DNA from: an uncultured bacterium
GTDB lineage: Bacteria > Acidobacteriota > Thermoanaerobaculia > Multivoradales > JAHZIX01
DNA length: 64,000 nucleotides
Assembly: GCA_965368975.1 (NCBI GenBank)
Contig: CBDUPA010000001.1
Coordinates: forward strand, 320,001-384,000
Reading direction: 5' to 3'
In this document: in pieces, positions 27,322 through 36,481 of the stretch
Position numbering within the stretch: the stretch's first letter is position 1
Layout: every line of letters starts with the position of its first letter
Program-made: the position numbers and the translations under genes
Notes under the pieces: generated by a model
Database searches by the model: none
What the model saw: only the letters and a program-made list of their open reading frames with translations
Told to the model about the DNA's origin: nothing

Positions 27322-27710
27322 TGGGCACGAGCCTGGGGCACCACCTGCTGGTCGACGCCAGTGGCTGCGACGCACGAGCCCTCGACGACCCGGACCGCGT
27401 CCGTGCCGCCGTCCAAGCCGCTGTCGACGCCGCCAACGCCACCCTCCTGGACCTCCACGTCCACCGCTTCGCCCCCCACGGCGTCACCGCCACCGCCACC
27501 CTCGCCGAAAGTCACATCGCCGTCCACACCTGGCCCGAACACGCCTACTTCGCCGCCGATATCTTCTTCTGCGGCGACCGTGACCCGCGCCCGGCGGGAG
27601 AAGTGCTGGCGTCGCGGCTGGGGGCCGGGGAGGTGCGGTATCGTCAGGTGGAGCGGGGGATGGGACCGCTCCCGGCGGGATCAGGCTCAGGGCCCCTTGT
27701 CCACCCTTGA
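27321..27710 (+). CDS. speD: S-adenosylmethionine decarboxylase proenzyme (small, pyruvoyl-dependent)
   Basis: HRFAPHGVT, LAE/SHIAVHTWPE cleavage motif and DIFFCG. Overlaps the photolyase stop. Confidence 0.88.
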   Translation: MGTSLGHHLLVDASGCDARALDDPDRVRAAVQAAVDAANATLLDLHVHRFAPHGVTATATLAESHIAVHTWPEHAYFAADIFFCGDRDPRPAGEVLASRLGAGEVRYRQVERGMGPLPAGSGSGPLVHP

Positions 27711-27840
27711 AGCTCCCGACCGCCCCTGGCCAGAAGGTCGTCCTGTCAAGTCCGAAAGTACGTGTGTGGTAACATGTCGATGATCGTACATTTTCTGTGC
27801 CGCAAGATGACTCGAACGTAGTGCTTCCAGGAGATCCCGG

Positions 27841-28971
27841 GTGAATATCAAAGATGGTGCCAGGGTTGTGTGTTGTCTGCTGGTGTCGGCACTGGCGTGG
27901 GTTCTGCCGGCGGCCGGACAGGTGGAGCTGGACGTTCGGATGCCGGACGGCACCGCGGTTCTCGTGCAACTGGCACAGAATCAGGACATCCAGTTGCAAG
28001 ACGAACTGACAGGCACCGTCTACCGCCTGCGTCTCGAAGAGGGAGCGGAGGCCGGATCGCGAGTCGGGCTGTTGCTTCTCGACGGACAAGATCAACTCGT
28101 GCAGCGCGTCGAGCTGGCCGGAGGCGAGCGGACGACTGCGGGACGCGACGGCCAGTTCATCGAGATCGCCCGACCTGAGGCGTCGCAGGCCGTACGGAAC
28201 GAGCGCCCGGATGCGGACTCCGGCATGGTACGTCTGGAAATCGATTGGGGCCTCGGGGACACTCCGGCGGTCGCTCTGGCGATGCCGGGCGAGCCGGTAC
28301 AGCTGAGCCGCGGGGAGGCCGTGCTGCGAGCCACGGTCGCCGGTGGCTTGCCAGGTAGTTTGACTGAGGTGGTGATCGAGCGCGCTGGGCGCTCTGCTCG
28401 GTACGCGCTGCCACTGGGGGCTCGACTGAGCGTGCCGGCGGTCGGTGATGTACCGGCGATGGCTCTGAGTGCGACGGCGCACACGCCGAACCCTGGCCAG
28501 GCTTACACGGTTGCGACCTCCGATGCGCTGATAGGACTTTGCATTACGTTGCAGGACGGCGAGAGCATCAGGGGGGTCGTGCAGGAAGGTGAACTCTTCC
28601 GGCTGAGTACGGGGGAAGAAGGGCCGGTCTTGGGATTGAGCGCACACCACGATGCGCAGGCCGACTCGGTCTCGCTCCAGGTGTTCGAGATTCATTTCCT
28701 GGGGAACGGTCGCGAGGGGCTCGAGCACCTACAAGCGTTCGAGTCGACCGCCGATGCCGGTGTTCGCCTGGACGTGGACGGCGCGGTCGCCGATGTGCGT
28801 GCGACTCGCTTGCAGCCGAATGCGGAGAGCCCGGACAAAGCAAGTATTTGCTGGTTGGGCTGTGGCACCTGGACGGCCTGTGGTTGCGCGGTCTCCTGTA
28901 ACGGCACGTCGTGCTGCGTCGGAGATTGCTGCGACGGCGACGGCAGTGGGCCGTTTCAGCAGTCGCCGTAG
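27841..28971 (+). CDS. Secreted hypothetical protein with Cys-rich C-terminal module
   Basis: Signal-peptide-like N-terminus, roughly three beta-rich segments, and 9 Cys within 28 residues at 28849-28932. Confidence 0.7.
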   Translation: MNIKDGARVVCCLLVSALAWVLPAAGQVELDVRMPDGTAVLVQLAQNQDIQLQDELTGTVYRLRLEEGAEAGSRVGLLLLDGQDQLVQRVELAGGERTTAGRDGQFIEIARPEASQAVRNERPDADSGMVRLEIDWGLGDTPAVALAMPGEPVQLSRGEAVLRATVAGGLPGSLTEVVIERAGRSARYALPLGARLSVPAVGDVPAMALSATAHTPNPGQAYTVATSDALIGLCITLQDGESIRGVVQEGELFRLSTGEEGPVLGLSAHHDAQADSVSLQVFEIHFLGNGREGLEHLQAFESTADAGVRLDVDGAVADVRATRLQPNAESPDKASICWLGCGTWTACGCAVSCNGTSCCVGDCCDGDGSGPFQQSP

Positions 28972-29090
28972 CGGGATTGTCGGAACTCTCGCTGGGTTTT
29001 CGAGCGCCTCTGGAACGAGGTAGGAGCGCCGCGAGGTAGAGTGTTGGCCTGTGCCGCGTCGACCCGCAACCTCCCGCCCGGAGACCCTCC

Positions 29091-30116
29091 ATGTCCCTAC
29101 TCCAAACCCCGCTCACCGACCACCTCGGCATCGACGTCCCCCTGATCTGTGGCGCCATGTATCCGTGCTCCAATCCGGAGCTAGTGGCGGCCGTGTCGGA
29201 AGCGGGGGGTATCGGGGTGATCCAGCCGCTGTCGATGGTCTACGTGCACGGGCACGACTTCCAGGAGGGCATGCGGCTGATGCGTAGCTTGACCTCCAAG
29301 CCGGTGGGCATGAACGTGATCGTCGAGAAGTCGTCCAAGGTGTACCAGGAGCGCATGGAGCGCTACACCGACCAGGCGATTGAAGCGGGGGTGCGGTTCT
29401 TTGTCACGTCGCTGGGCAATCCGCGTTGGGTGGTGGAGAAGGCGCACGCGGTGGGGGGGCACGTGTACCACGACGTCACCGAACGCAAGTGGGCACTCAA
29501 GGGGCTCGAAGGCGGAGTCGACGGGCTGATCGCGGTCAATCGACGCGCCGGTGGCCACGCGGGGGCCAAGAGTGCCCGCGAGCTGCTCGACGAGATGGGC
29601 GATCTCGGGGTGCCGGTGGTGTGTGCGGGTGGCATCGGTGACGAGCAGGACTTCGTCGAGGCACTGCGCATGGGCTACGCGGGGGTGCAAATGGGCACGC
29701 GCTTCATTGCCACCACCGAGTGCAGCACGCACCAGGACTACAAGCAGGCGGTGGTCGATGCGCAGGAGGACGACATCGTGCTGACCGAGCGCATCACGGG
29801 GGTGCCGGTAGCGGTGATCAAGACGCCCTTCGTCGAGAAGCAAGGCACCAAGGCCGGGCCGATCGCACGCTGGATGCTGCAGGGGCGGCGCACCAAGCAC
29901 TGGATGCGCATGATCTACTCGCTGCAGTCGCTGTGGAAGCTCAAGCGCTCGTCGCTGCGTTCGTTCTCCTACAAGGACTACCTGCAGGCGGGCAAGAGTG
30001 TCGCTGGCGTGAAGGCGATCGAGCCGGCGGGGGACATCGTGCGTCGTTTCGCCGCCGCCGCGAAGTCCGCCGACGGTGCCTCCACGAGTGTCTCCAAGAG
30101 TGACGCCGCAGGCTGA
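29091..30116 (+). CDS. Nitronate monooxygenase / FabK-like flavin oxidoreductase
   Basis: LVAAVSEAGGIG, AGGHAG, CAGGIGD and GVQMGTRF. Confidence 0.9.
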   Translation: MSLLQTPLTDHLGIDVPLICGAMYPCSNPELVAAVSEAGGIGVIQPLSMVYVHGHDFQEGMRLMRSLTSKPVGMNVIVEKSSKVYQERMERYTDQAIEAGVRFFVTSLGNPRWVVEKAHAVGGHVYHDVTERKWALKGLEGGVDGLIAVNRRAGGHAGAKSARELLDEMGDLGVPVVCAGGIGDEQDFVEALRMGYAGVQMGTRFIATTECSTHQDYKQAVVDAQEDDIVLTERITGVPVAVIKTPFVEKQGTKAGPIARWMLQGRRTKHWMRMIYSLQSLWKLKRSSLRSFSYKDYLQAGKSVAGVKAIEPAGDIVRRFAAAAKSADGASTSVSKSDAAG

Positions 30117-30394
30117 CGGAGGCGTGGCGAGGAAATTCGAAGGCAAGTCTTGCATCGTTCCTGCGGTGTGTGCTAGCTTCCTCAAACCGGTGACGGTACA
30201 CAACTCGATTCGCAGTCCATGAGTACCGTCGCGGCTTCCTTTCTATCTCATTCCACACACAAAGGGTCCACGGCTTCAACTTAGGTTGTACGTCAGCAGT
30301 ATTTCTATGCTCGTCTACCAGACGCCGGGCGAGCAGATTACTGCCTTTTATAACCATACATTCGGAATCGTAAGTCCGAGAGGAGAGAGAAACT

Positions 30395-32143
30395 ATGCGT
30401 TCGACCCCATTGTACGTGGCCCTGCTGGGCCTGCTGATCCTGGGCCTGGTGGCCCTGCCCGCCACGGCACAGCGTGATGCCCATCAGTCGGCCAACGACA
30501 TCGAGGTCTATGAAGATGGAAGCCTCATGGTCAACGGCCTGTGGTTCGAGGACAACCTCGCCTGGCAGCTGTCTGACGAGTTCAAGCAGGGTGGCCACCG
30601 TTGCGCCACCGAGAACAGCCGTAACAACCGTAGCGAAGCTGCGCTGTGGGGCGAGAAGGCCGCCTCGGATTGCTCGATGAGCTCGACCACCATCCAGTCG
30701 CAGTTCGTGCCGTCCAACGGCTCGGTGCTGACCATCCCGGTGGTGTTCCACATCATCAGCCAGACCGGCGGTACCGGCAACATCTCTGACAGCCTGATCA
30801 ACAGCCAGATCGACATCCTCAACGAGGACTTCCGGGCCCTTTCCGGCACCCCGGGTGCCCCGGGTGTCGACACCCGGATCCAGTTCGTGCTCGCCAGCAC
30901 CGATCCGAACGGCAACGCCACCACCGGTATCAACCGTGTGACCAACAATGCCTACTTCACCGATCCGGGCCCGGGCGCGTACAACGACATGAAGGATGCC
31001 CTCAACTGGGATCCCACGGACTACCTGAACGTCTACACCAACGACGCCGCTGGCAACCTCGGCTACGCCACCTTCCCGGCGCAGGACGCGGGCACCTACC
31101 TGGACGGCGTGGTCCTGCTGCACTCGTCCGTGGGTCGTAACTCCCCGGGCGGCGGCATCTACAACCAGGGTCGTACCGCCACTCACGAGGTCGGTCACTA
31201 CCTGGGCCTGTTCCACACCTTCCAGAGCGGCTGCGGCTCGGCCAGCTCGCCGTACACCACCGGTGACCTGATCTCTGACACCGCCCAGAACTCGGCGCCC
31301 AACTACAACTGCCCGACCAGCGCCACCTCCTGCGGTAGTGCGGACCCGATCCGCAACTACATGAACTACACGCAGGACACCTGCATGAACCAGTACACCG
31401 CCGAGCAGGCCAACCGTGCGCGTTGCTCGCTGGACGCCTACCGTTCGGGTCTGGTCGACGGCACCCACGGCGGCAGCGGTGGCGGCACCGGTGGTCCGAC
31501 CGCGCTGACCAACGGCGTGGCCCAGACCGGTCTCTCCGGTTCCACGGGTTCCGAGCAGTTCTTCACCCTCGACGTGCCCTCCGGCGCCACCAACCTGAGC
31601 TTCGTCATGAGCGGTGGCTCGGGTGATGCCGACCTCTACGTCAAGTTCGGCAGCGCGCCGACCACCTCCAGCTGGGACTGCCGTCCCTACGCTGGTGGCA
31701 ACAGCGAGAGCTGCCCGATCAGCCCGGCGCAGACCGGCACCTACCACGTCATGATCCGTGCCTACAGCACCTTCAGTGGTGTCTCCCTGACCGGCAGCTA
31801 CACCGCTGGCGGCGGTGGCTCCAGCCCCTGCACCGGCGGCGCCAGCTGCGAAGCCTACTCCGGTAGCCTGACCGGCACCGGTGACAGCGACGCGCATCCG
31901 AACGGCACCTACTACCAGTCCACCGTTTCCGGCACCCACCAGGGCTGGCTCGAAGGCCCCGGTTCGGCCGACTTCGATCTGGAACTCTACAAGTGGACCG
32001 GTTCCTGGACCAAGGTTGCGTCCTCGGAGAGCGCCAGCTCTTCGGAGTCGATCAGCTACAGCGGCACTTCCGGCTACTACTACTGGAAGATCCTGTCCTA
32101 CAGCGGCAGCGGTGCCTACGACTTCTGGCTGGTTCGCCCCTGA
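30395..32143 (+). CDS. M43 (pappalysin/ulilysin-like) zinc metalloprotease with two PPC domains
   Basis: HEVGHYLGLFHTF zinc motif, Met-turn NYMNY, GDADLYV and DFDLELY PPC motifs, signal peptide, GAGGAG RBS. Confidence 0.93.
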   Translation: MRSTPLYVALLGLLILGLVALPATAQRDAHQSANDIEVYEDGSLMVNGLWFEDNLAWQLSDEFKQGGHRCATENSRNNRSEAALWGEKAASDCSMSSTTIQSQFVPSNGSVLTIPVVFHIISQTGGTGNISDSLINSQIDILNEDFRALSGTPGAPGVDTRIQFVLASTDPNGNATTGINRVTNNAYFTDPGPGAYNDMKDALNWDPTDYLNVYTNDAAGNLGYATFPAQDAGTYLDGVVLLHSSVGRNSPGGGIYNQGRTATHEVGHYLGLFHTFQSGCGSASSPYTTGDLISDTAQNSAPNYNCPTSATSCGSADPIRNYMNYTQDTCMNQYTAEQANRARCSLDAYRSGLVDGTHGGSGGGTGGPTALTNGVAQTGLSGSTGSEQFFTLDVPSGATNLSFVMSGGSGDADLYVKFGSAPTTSSWDCRPYAGGNSESCPISPAQTGTYHVMIRAYSTFSGVSLTGSYTAGGGGSSPCTGGASCEAYSGSLTGTGDSDAHPNGTYYQSTVSGTHQGWLEGPGSADFDLELYKWTGSWTKVASSESASSSESISYSGTSGYYYWKILSYSGSGAYDFWLVRP

Positions 32144-32200
32144 AGTCGACTTCCTTGACGGAGCGGGTGTCCTGAGTGGCGCTTGACTCCGTGCTGCAAG

Positions 32201-32241
32201 CGCCCGTTCGGCCTTCGTGGTCGGGCGGGCGTTTTGCTTTT
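32201..32241 (+). terminator. Rho-independent terminator
   Basis: CGCCCGTTCGGCC-TTCGT-GGTCGGGCGGGCG stem (G-U pairs) followed by TTTTGCTTTT. Confidence 0.65.
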
Positions 32242-32377
32242 GATGCGCCCTTGTCGCCGGCGGTGCAGAACCGTGGGCGCTTCTTTGCGTACACTACGAC
32301 GAGCCCAGATACGATGGCCCGCGCGCCGGGCCTCCGGAGCCGCTCCGGTCCCGCCGACCTCTCAGGAAGGATCTTCC

Positions 32378-35300
32378 ATGTTCTCGACTCAGACTCTGCG
32401 CCGCACGGTGCTGGCCCTCGCTGCCTGCACGGTGCTACCCATTCTCTCGTTTCCGGCCCTCTCCCAAGAGGGCGACGGCTCGTCCCAAGAGAGTGAACAG
32501 CCCCATGCCGGCATGCTGCGCTTTCCCGACGTCAGTGCCACACACATCGTTTTCACCTACGCCAACGACCTGTGGCTCGTGGCGCGTGAAGGGGGAACCG
32601 CGACGCCGCTGGCCAGTCCGCCGGGGCTCGAACGCTACCCACGCTTCAGCCCGGACGGCACGACGCTCGCCTTCGTCGGCAACTACGACGGTGACAGCGA
32701 CGTTTACACCGTGCCGGTCGCGGGGGGTGTGCCGCGGCGGGTGACCCACCATCCGACCAACGAGAGGCTCGACGGCTGGAGCCCCGATGGGCGTCTGCTG
32801 TTCACCGCCGCACGCATGGGCTCGCACTGGCGCATGCCGGCGCTCTACACGGTGTCGGCAGAGGGCGGATTGCCGGAGCCGTTACCCGTTCCCTATGGTT
32901 CCGCAGGTGCCGTCAGTGACGACGGTCAGTGGTTGGCCTACACGCCCTTCAACCGGGATCAGCGCACCTGGAAGCGCTATCGCGGCGGCCTCGCTTCGGA
33001 TATCTGGCTGCTGGCGCTCGACGGCTCCGGCGCGTCTCGCCGGGTCACTGAGTGGGAGGGTACGGACACGCAGCCGATGTGGCAGGGCGGCATCCTCTAC
33101 TATCTCTCTGACGCCGGGCCCGCCCATCGCCTCAACATCTGGCGCTACGACCCGACGAGCGGCGAGCGCCGGCAGGTGACGCACCATGCCGACTACGACG
33201 TCAAGTGGCCGTCGATCGGTCCCGGTGCCGCCAGCGATCCCGCGAGCGGTGGGGGAGGCGAGATCGTCTTCCAGCTCGGGACCGAGCTACGTCTGCTCGA
33301 CCTGGCGAGCGAGCGCGAGACGACGGTCGAGGTCGTCATTCCTGGCGCCCGGCCCAAGCTGCGACCGCAGAGCCTCGAAGTTGGCGACCAGATCAGCGGC
33401 GGCGGCATCTCGCCGAGCGGCAAGCGAGTGATCGTCGAAGCGCGCGGTGATGTTTGGACCCTGCCCGCCGAGCACGGTAGCCCGCGCAACTTGACGCGCA
33501 CCAGCGGCGTCGCCGAGCGCTCGCCGGCTTGGAGTCCTGATGGTCGCCTCGTCGCCTACTTCGCGGACACCGGCGGTGAGTACCAGCTCTACGTACGGCC
33601 GTCCGACGGCTCCGGCCAGCCTCGGGCGCTGAGCGACTTCGGCTCCGTGGCGTATCCCGAGCATCCAGGCTACTTCTACGCGCCCACCTGGTCGCCCGAC
33701 TCCGAGCACATCGCCTTCTGGGACCGCGCCGGCCGTCTCTACCTGGCTGATGCCACGGCCAGCGAGGCACCGTCCTTCGAGCAAATCGATCACAGCGTGT
33801 GGATGACCTTCGAAGGGCCACGAGTGCACTGGTCGCCCGACTCCGCCTGGCTCGCCTACGCGCGCACTCTCGACGGCCGCGGCCTGACCGCTATTTTCCT
33901 GCACCACGTTGCCAGCGGTGCCACGCACCAGGTGACCAGTGCTCATTTCCGCAACGGCGAACCTACCTTCAGCGACGACAGCAACTTCCTTTTTCACACC
34001 AGTCACCGTGACTTCACCAATCCGTCCACGGCCAGTGGCAGCATGGACTTCGCCTACGCCAACACCGAACGCCTGCTGGCTGTGCCCCTGCGCACCGACG
34101 TCGAGTGGCCGCTGGCCGCCAAGAGCGACGAAGAGACCTGGGATGACACGTCGGGTGATGGGCGGGAGGAGAGCGCCAAGGACTCGAAAGAAGATGGCGC
34201 CAAGGCTGAGGACGGCGCAGACGAGGATGGCAAAGACGAAAATGGCAAGGACGAGGACGAGAAGCCGCTCGAGATCGACCTCGATGGCTTCGAACGCCGC
34301 GCACGTCTGCTCGACACGCCGCAAGGCCTCTACAGCCAGCTCGCAGCCGCCGGTGGCAAGCTCTTCTACCGCTTCCGCACTGCTGAGGAACAGGAATGGG
34401 CGCTCAAGGTCTACGATCTGGCCGAGGGCGAAGAGACGACCCTGCTCGAAGACGTCGCCAGCTACCAGCTGAGCGCCGATGGTAAACGGCTGGGGATCGT
34501 ACAAAGCGGCCCGCGGGGAATGCGCTTCAGTATCCTCGACGCCAAGCCTGGAGCAGAACCCACGCCGGTATCCACCGACGGTATGCTGGCCACCATCGAT
34601 CCTCGTGCCGAGTGGGCCCAGGTCTTCCACGAAGCTTGGCGCCTCTATCGTGACTTCTTCTACGCCGAGAACCTGCACGGTGTCGACTGGCCGGCCATCC
34701 GTGACCAATACGCCGCGCTGCTCGACGACTGCAACTCACGGGAAGACGTCGGTTTCGTCATCGCCGAGATGATCTCCGAACTCAATGTCGGTCACTCCTA
34801 CTATCAGGGTGGGGGCCACGAGGACGTGCCGCGGCGCAATGTCGGCATGCTGGGCGTCGACTTCGATCTGCGCCCCGGTGAGAACGGCTTTCGCATCGAT
34901 CGCATCTACCGTGGTGGTCCTTGGGACGCTGATGTACGCAACCCGCTCGAAGCCCCTGGCGTCGATGTGCACGAAGGGGACTTGCTGCTAGCGGTCAACG
35001 GTGTGCCCGTCGATACCGGCAAGGATCCATGGGCCGCGTTTCTTGGCCTCGCCGGTCGTACGGTCACGCTGACCCTTGCCTCGGGAGAGCACAGCGAAGA
35101 CGCCAACAGCGGCGAAGACACTGAGAATGAGCCTCGCGACGTCGTCGTCGAACTGCTGAATGGCGACTTCATGCACCGCTACTGGGCCTGGGTCGAAGCC
35201 AATCGCGCTCACGTCGAAGAGGCGAGCGGCGGCCGGATCGGCTACATCTATGTGCCCAACACCAGTACCTGGGGGCGCGACAACCTGTTCCGTCAGTTCC

Positions 35301-35863
35301 ACGCCCAGCGTCATCTCGATGCGCTGATCATCGATGACCGCTGGAATGGTGGTGGCTCCATCCCCACCCGCTTCATCGAGCTGCTCAACCGGCCCGTCCA
35401 GTACTTCCTGGCGGGGCGCGACAAGGAGACCATCATGCCGTGGCCTCCGATGTCGCACTCCGGCCCCAAGGCCATGTTGATCAACGGCAACTCGGCCTCC
35501 GGCGGTGACTCCTTCCCCTACTTCTTCCGCGCTGCTGGTCTCGGCAAGCTCATCGGCACGCGCACCTGGGGCGGCGTTGTTGGGCTGTCCGGCGGTCCGC
35601 AACTGATCGACGGTGATGGCGTCACGGTACCGCGTTGGGGTGTCTTCGAACTCGACGGCACGTGGGGCATGGAGGGGCACGGCGTCGATCCCGATATCGA
35701 AGTCGTCGACGATCCAGCTCTGATGCTCGATGGGGGAGATCCGCAGCTCGACGTCGCCGTCGAGCACTTGCTCGAGGAACTCGAGCGCAATCCGCCTCTC
35801 GACGTGCCACGTCCGCCCGAGCCGGATCGCAGCGGCATGGGTCTACCAGACTCGGATCACTGA
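32378..35863 (+). CDS. Tricorn protease homolog (S41, beta-propellers + PDZ)
   Basis: MLRFPDVS, WKRYRGG, ELNVGH, IGYIYVP, DDRWNGGG, SASGGD (catalytic Ser) and GTRTWGG. AGGAAGG before ATG 32378. Confidence 0.94.
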   Translation: MFSTQTLRRTVLALAACTVLPILSFPALSQEGDGSSQESEQPHAGMLRFPDVSATHIVFTYANDLWLVAREGGTATPLASPPGLERYPRFSPDGTTLAFVGNYDGDSDVYTVPVAGGVPRRVTHHPTNERLDGWSPDGRLLFTAARMGSHWRMPALYTVSAEGGLPEPLPVPYGSAGAVSDDGQWLAYTPFNRDQRTWKRYRGGLASDIWLLALDGSGASRRVTEWEGTDTQPMWQGGILYYLSDAGPAHRLNIWRYDPTSGERRQVTHHADYDVKWPSIGPGAASDPASGGGGEIVFQLGTELRLLDLASERETTVEVVIPGARPKLRPQSLEVGDQISGGGISPSGKRVIVEARGDVWTLPAEHGSPRNLTRTSGVAERSPAWSPDGRLVAYFADTGGEYQLYVRPSDGSGQPRALSDFGSVAYPEHPGYFYAPTWSPDSEHIAFWDRAGRLYLADATASEAPSFEQIDHSVWMTFEGPRVHWSPDSAWLAYARTLDGRGLTAIFLHHVASGATHQVTSAHFRNGEPTFSDDSNFLFHTSHRDFTNPSTASGSMDFAYANTERLLAVPLRTDVEWPLAAKSDEETWDDTSGDGREESAKDSKEDGAKAEDGADEDGKDENGKDEDEKPLEIDLDGFERRARLLDTPQGLYSQLAAAGGKLFYRFRTAEEQEWALKVYDLAEGEETTLLEDVASYQLSADGKRLGIVQSGPRGMRFSILDAKPGAEPTPVSTDGMLATIDPRAEWAQVFHEAWRLYRDFFYAENLHGVDWPAIRDQYAALLDDCNSREDVGFVIAEMISELNVGHSYYQGGGHEDVPRRNVGMLGVDFDLRPGENGFRIDRIYRGGPWDADVRNPLEAPGVDVHEGDLLLAVNGVPVDTGKDPWAAFLGLAGRTVTLTLASGEHSEDANSGEDTENEPRDVVVELLNGDFMHRYWAWVEANRAHVEEASGGRIGYIYVPNTSTWGRDNLFRQFHAQRHLDALIIDDRWNGGGSIPTRFIELLNRPVQYFLAGRDKETIMPWPPMSHSGPKAMLINGNSASGGDSFPYFFRAAGLGKLIGTRTWGGVVGLSGGPQLIDGDGVTVPRWGVFELDGTWGMEGHGVDPDIEVVDDPALMLDGGDPQLDVAVEHLLEELERNPPLDVPRPPEPDRSGMGLPDSDH

Positions 35864-35871
35864 GTCCGCTC

Positions 35872-35958
35872 TAGCAAGAGCCGATGGCAAGAGCCAATAG
35901 CAAGAGCCAGTAGCAAGAGCCAATAGCAGGAGCCAATAGCAGGAGCCAATAGCAGGAG
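35872..35958. repeat. About 7 x 13-bp tandem repeat
   Basis: TAGCA(A/G)GAGCCAA-type units start at 35872, 35885, 35898, 35911, 35924, 35937 and 35950. Confidence 0.9.
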
Positions 35959-35986
35959 GGAGTGGCCCGGTGGCCACTCCCTCTTG
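35953..35986. terminator. Strong hairpin, probable terminator
   Basis: CAGGAGGGAGTGGCC-CGGT-GGCCACTCCCTCTTG, 14/15 Watson-Crick pairs. No clean U-tract. Confidence 0.5.
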
Positions 35987-36481
35987 TCCAAGTGCGTTCT
36001 GTACTCTTCCGAGTCCCCGAGGGGACGAATCAGGTAGGGCGGAAAGTGGTGGGTAGGTCGTGGGAAGGACCGACAGCTTCCGCACCATCGTGGTGCAGGC
36101 TCGGTGTACTACGGTGGGATGTCGTGGCGGGAGCGTTCGTCAGGGTCGACGACGCTAGCGATTGACGTGGCGGAAGAGCAGGAGACGGTACCGAAGCACC
36201 GTCACGTGGCCGGAGCCACGCACCCTGCAGGGAGCTGTCCGAACCCATAGTCACGCCGATGCCGGCACGCTTGCGATGCAAGGAAACTGCCGGGAGGTGC
36301 GCGCCGGAGGCGCTCAGGGTGTTTGGTTTCAGCTCCATGATGCAAGCAGTATACAGGTTCGTTCATGTTTTGTCCAGATTTAAGGGGGAATATCTGGACG
36401 GCCACCAGCGGGTGGTGCCCCGAGGCACCGTGGATGGGAGGAGCGAGGAAAGCGAGATATGCGAGAAAAGCGCGTAAAGTC

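Noticed and set aside
30117-30394. Structured RNA in the AT-richer leader of the M43 protease
   Set aside because: Only short imperfect stems and no known riboswitch consensus. Most simply a promoter region.
35872-35958. Possible CRISPR array (also 13101-13165)
   Set aside because: The units are 13 bp, directly adjacent with no unique spacers, and there are no cas genes. These are simple tandem repeats.
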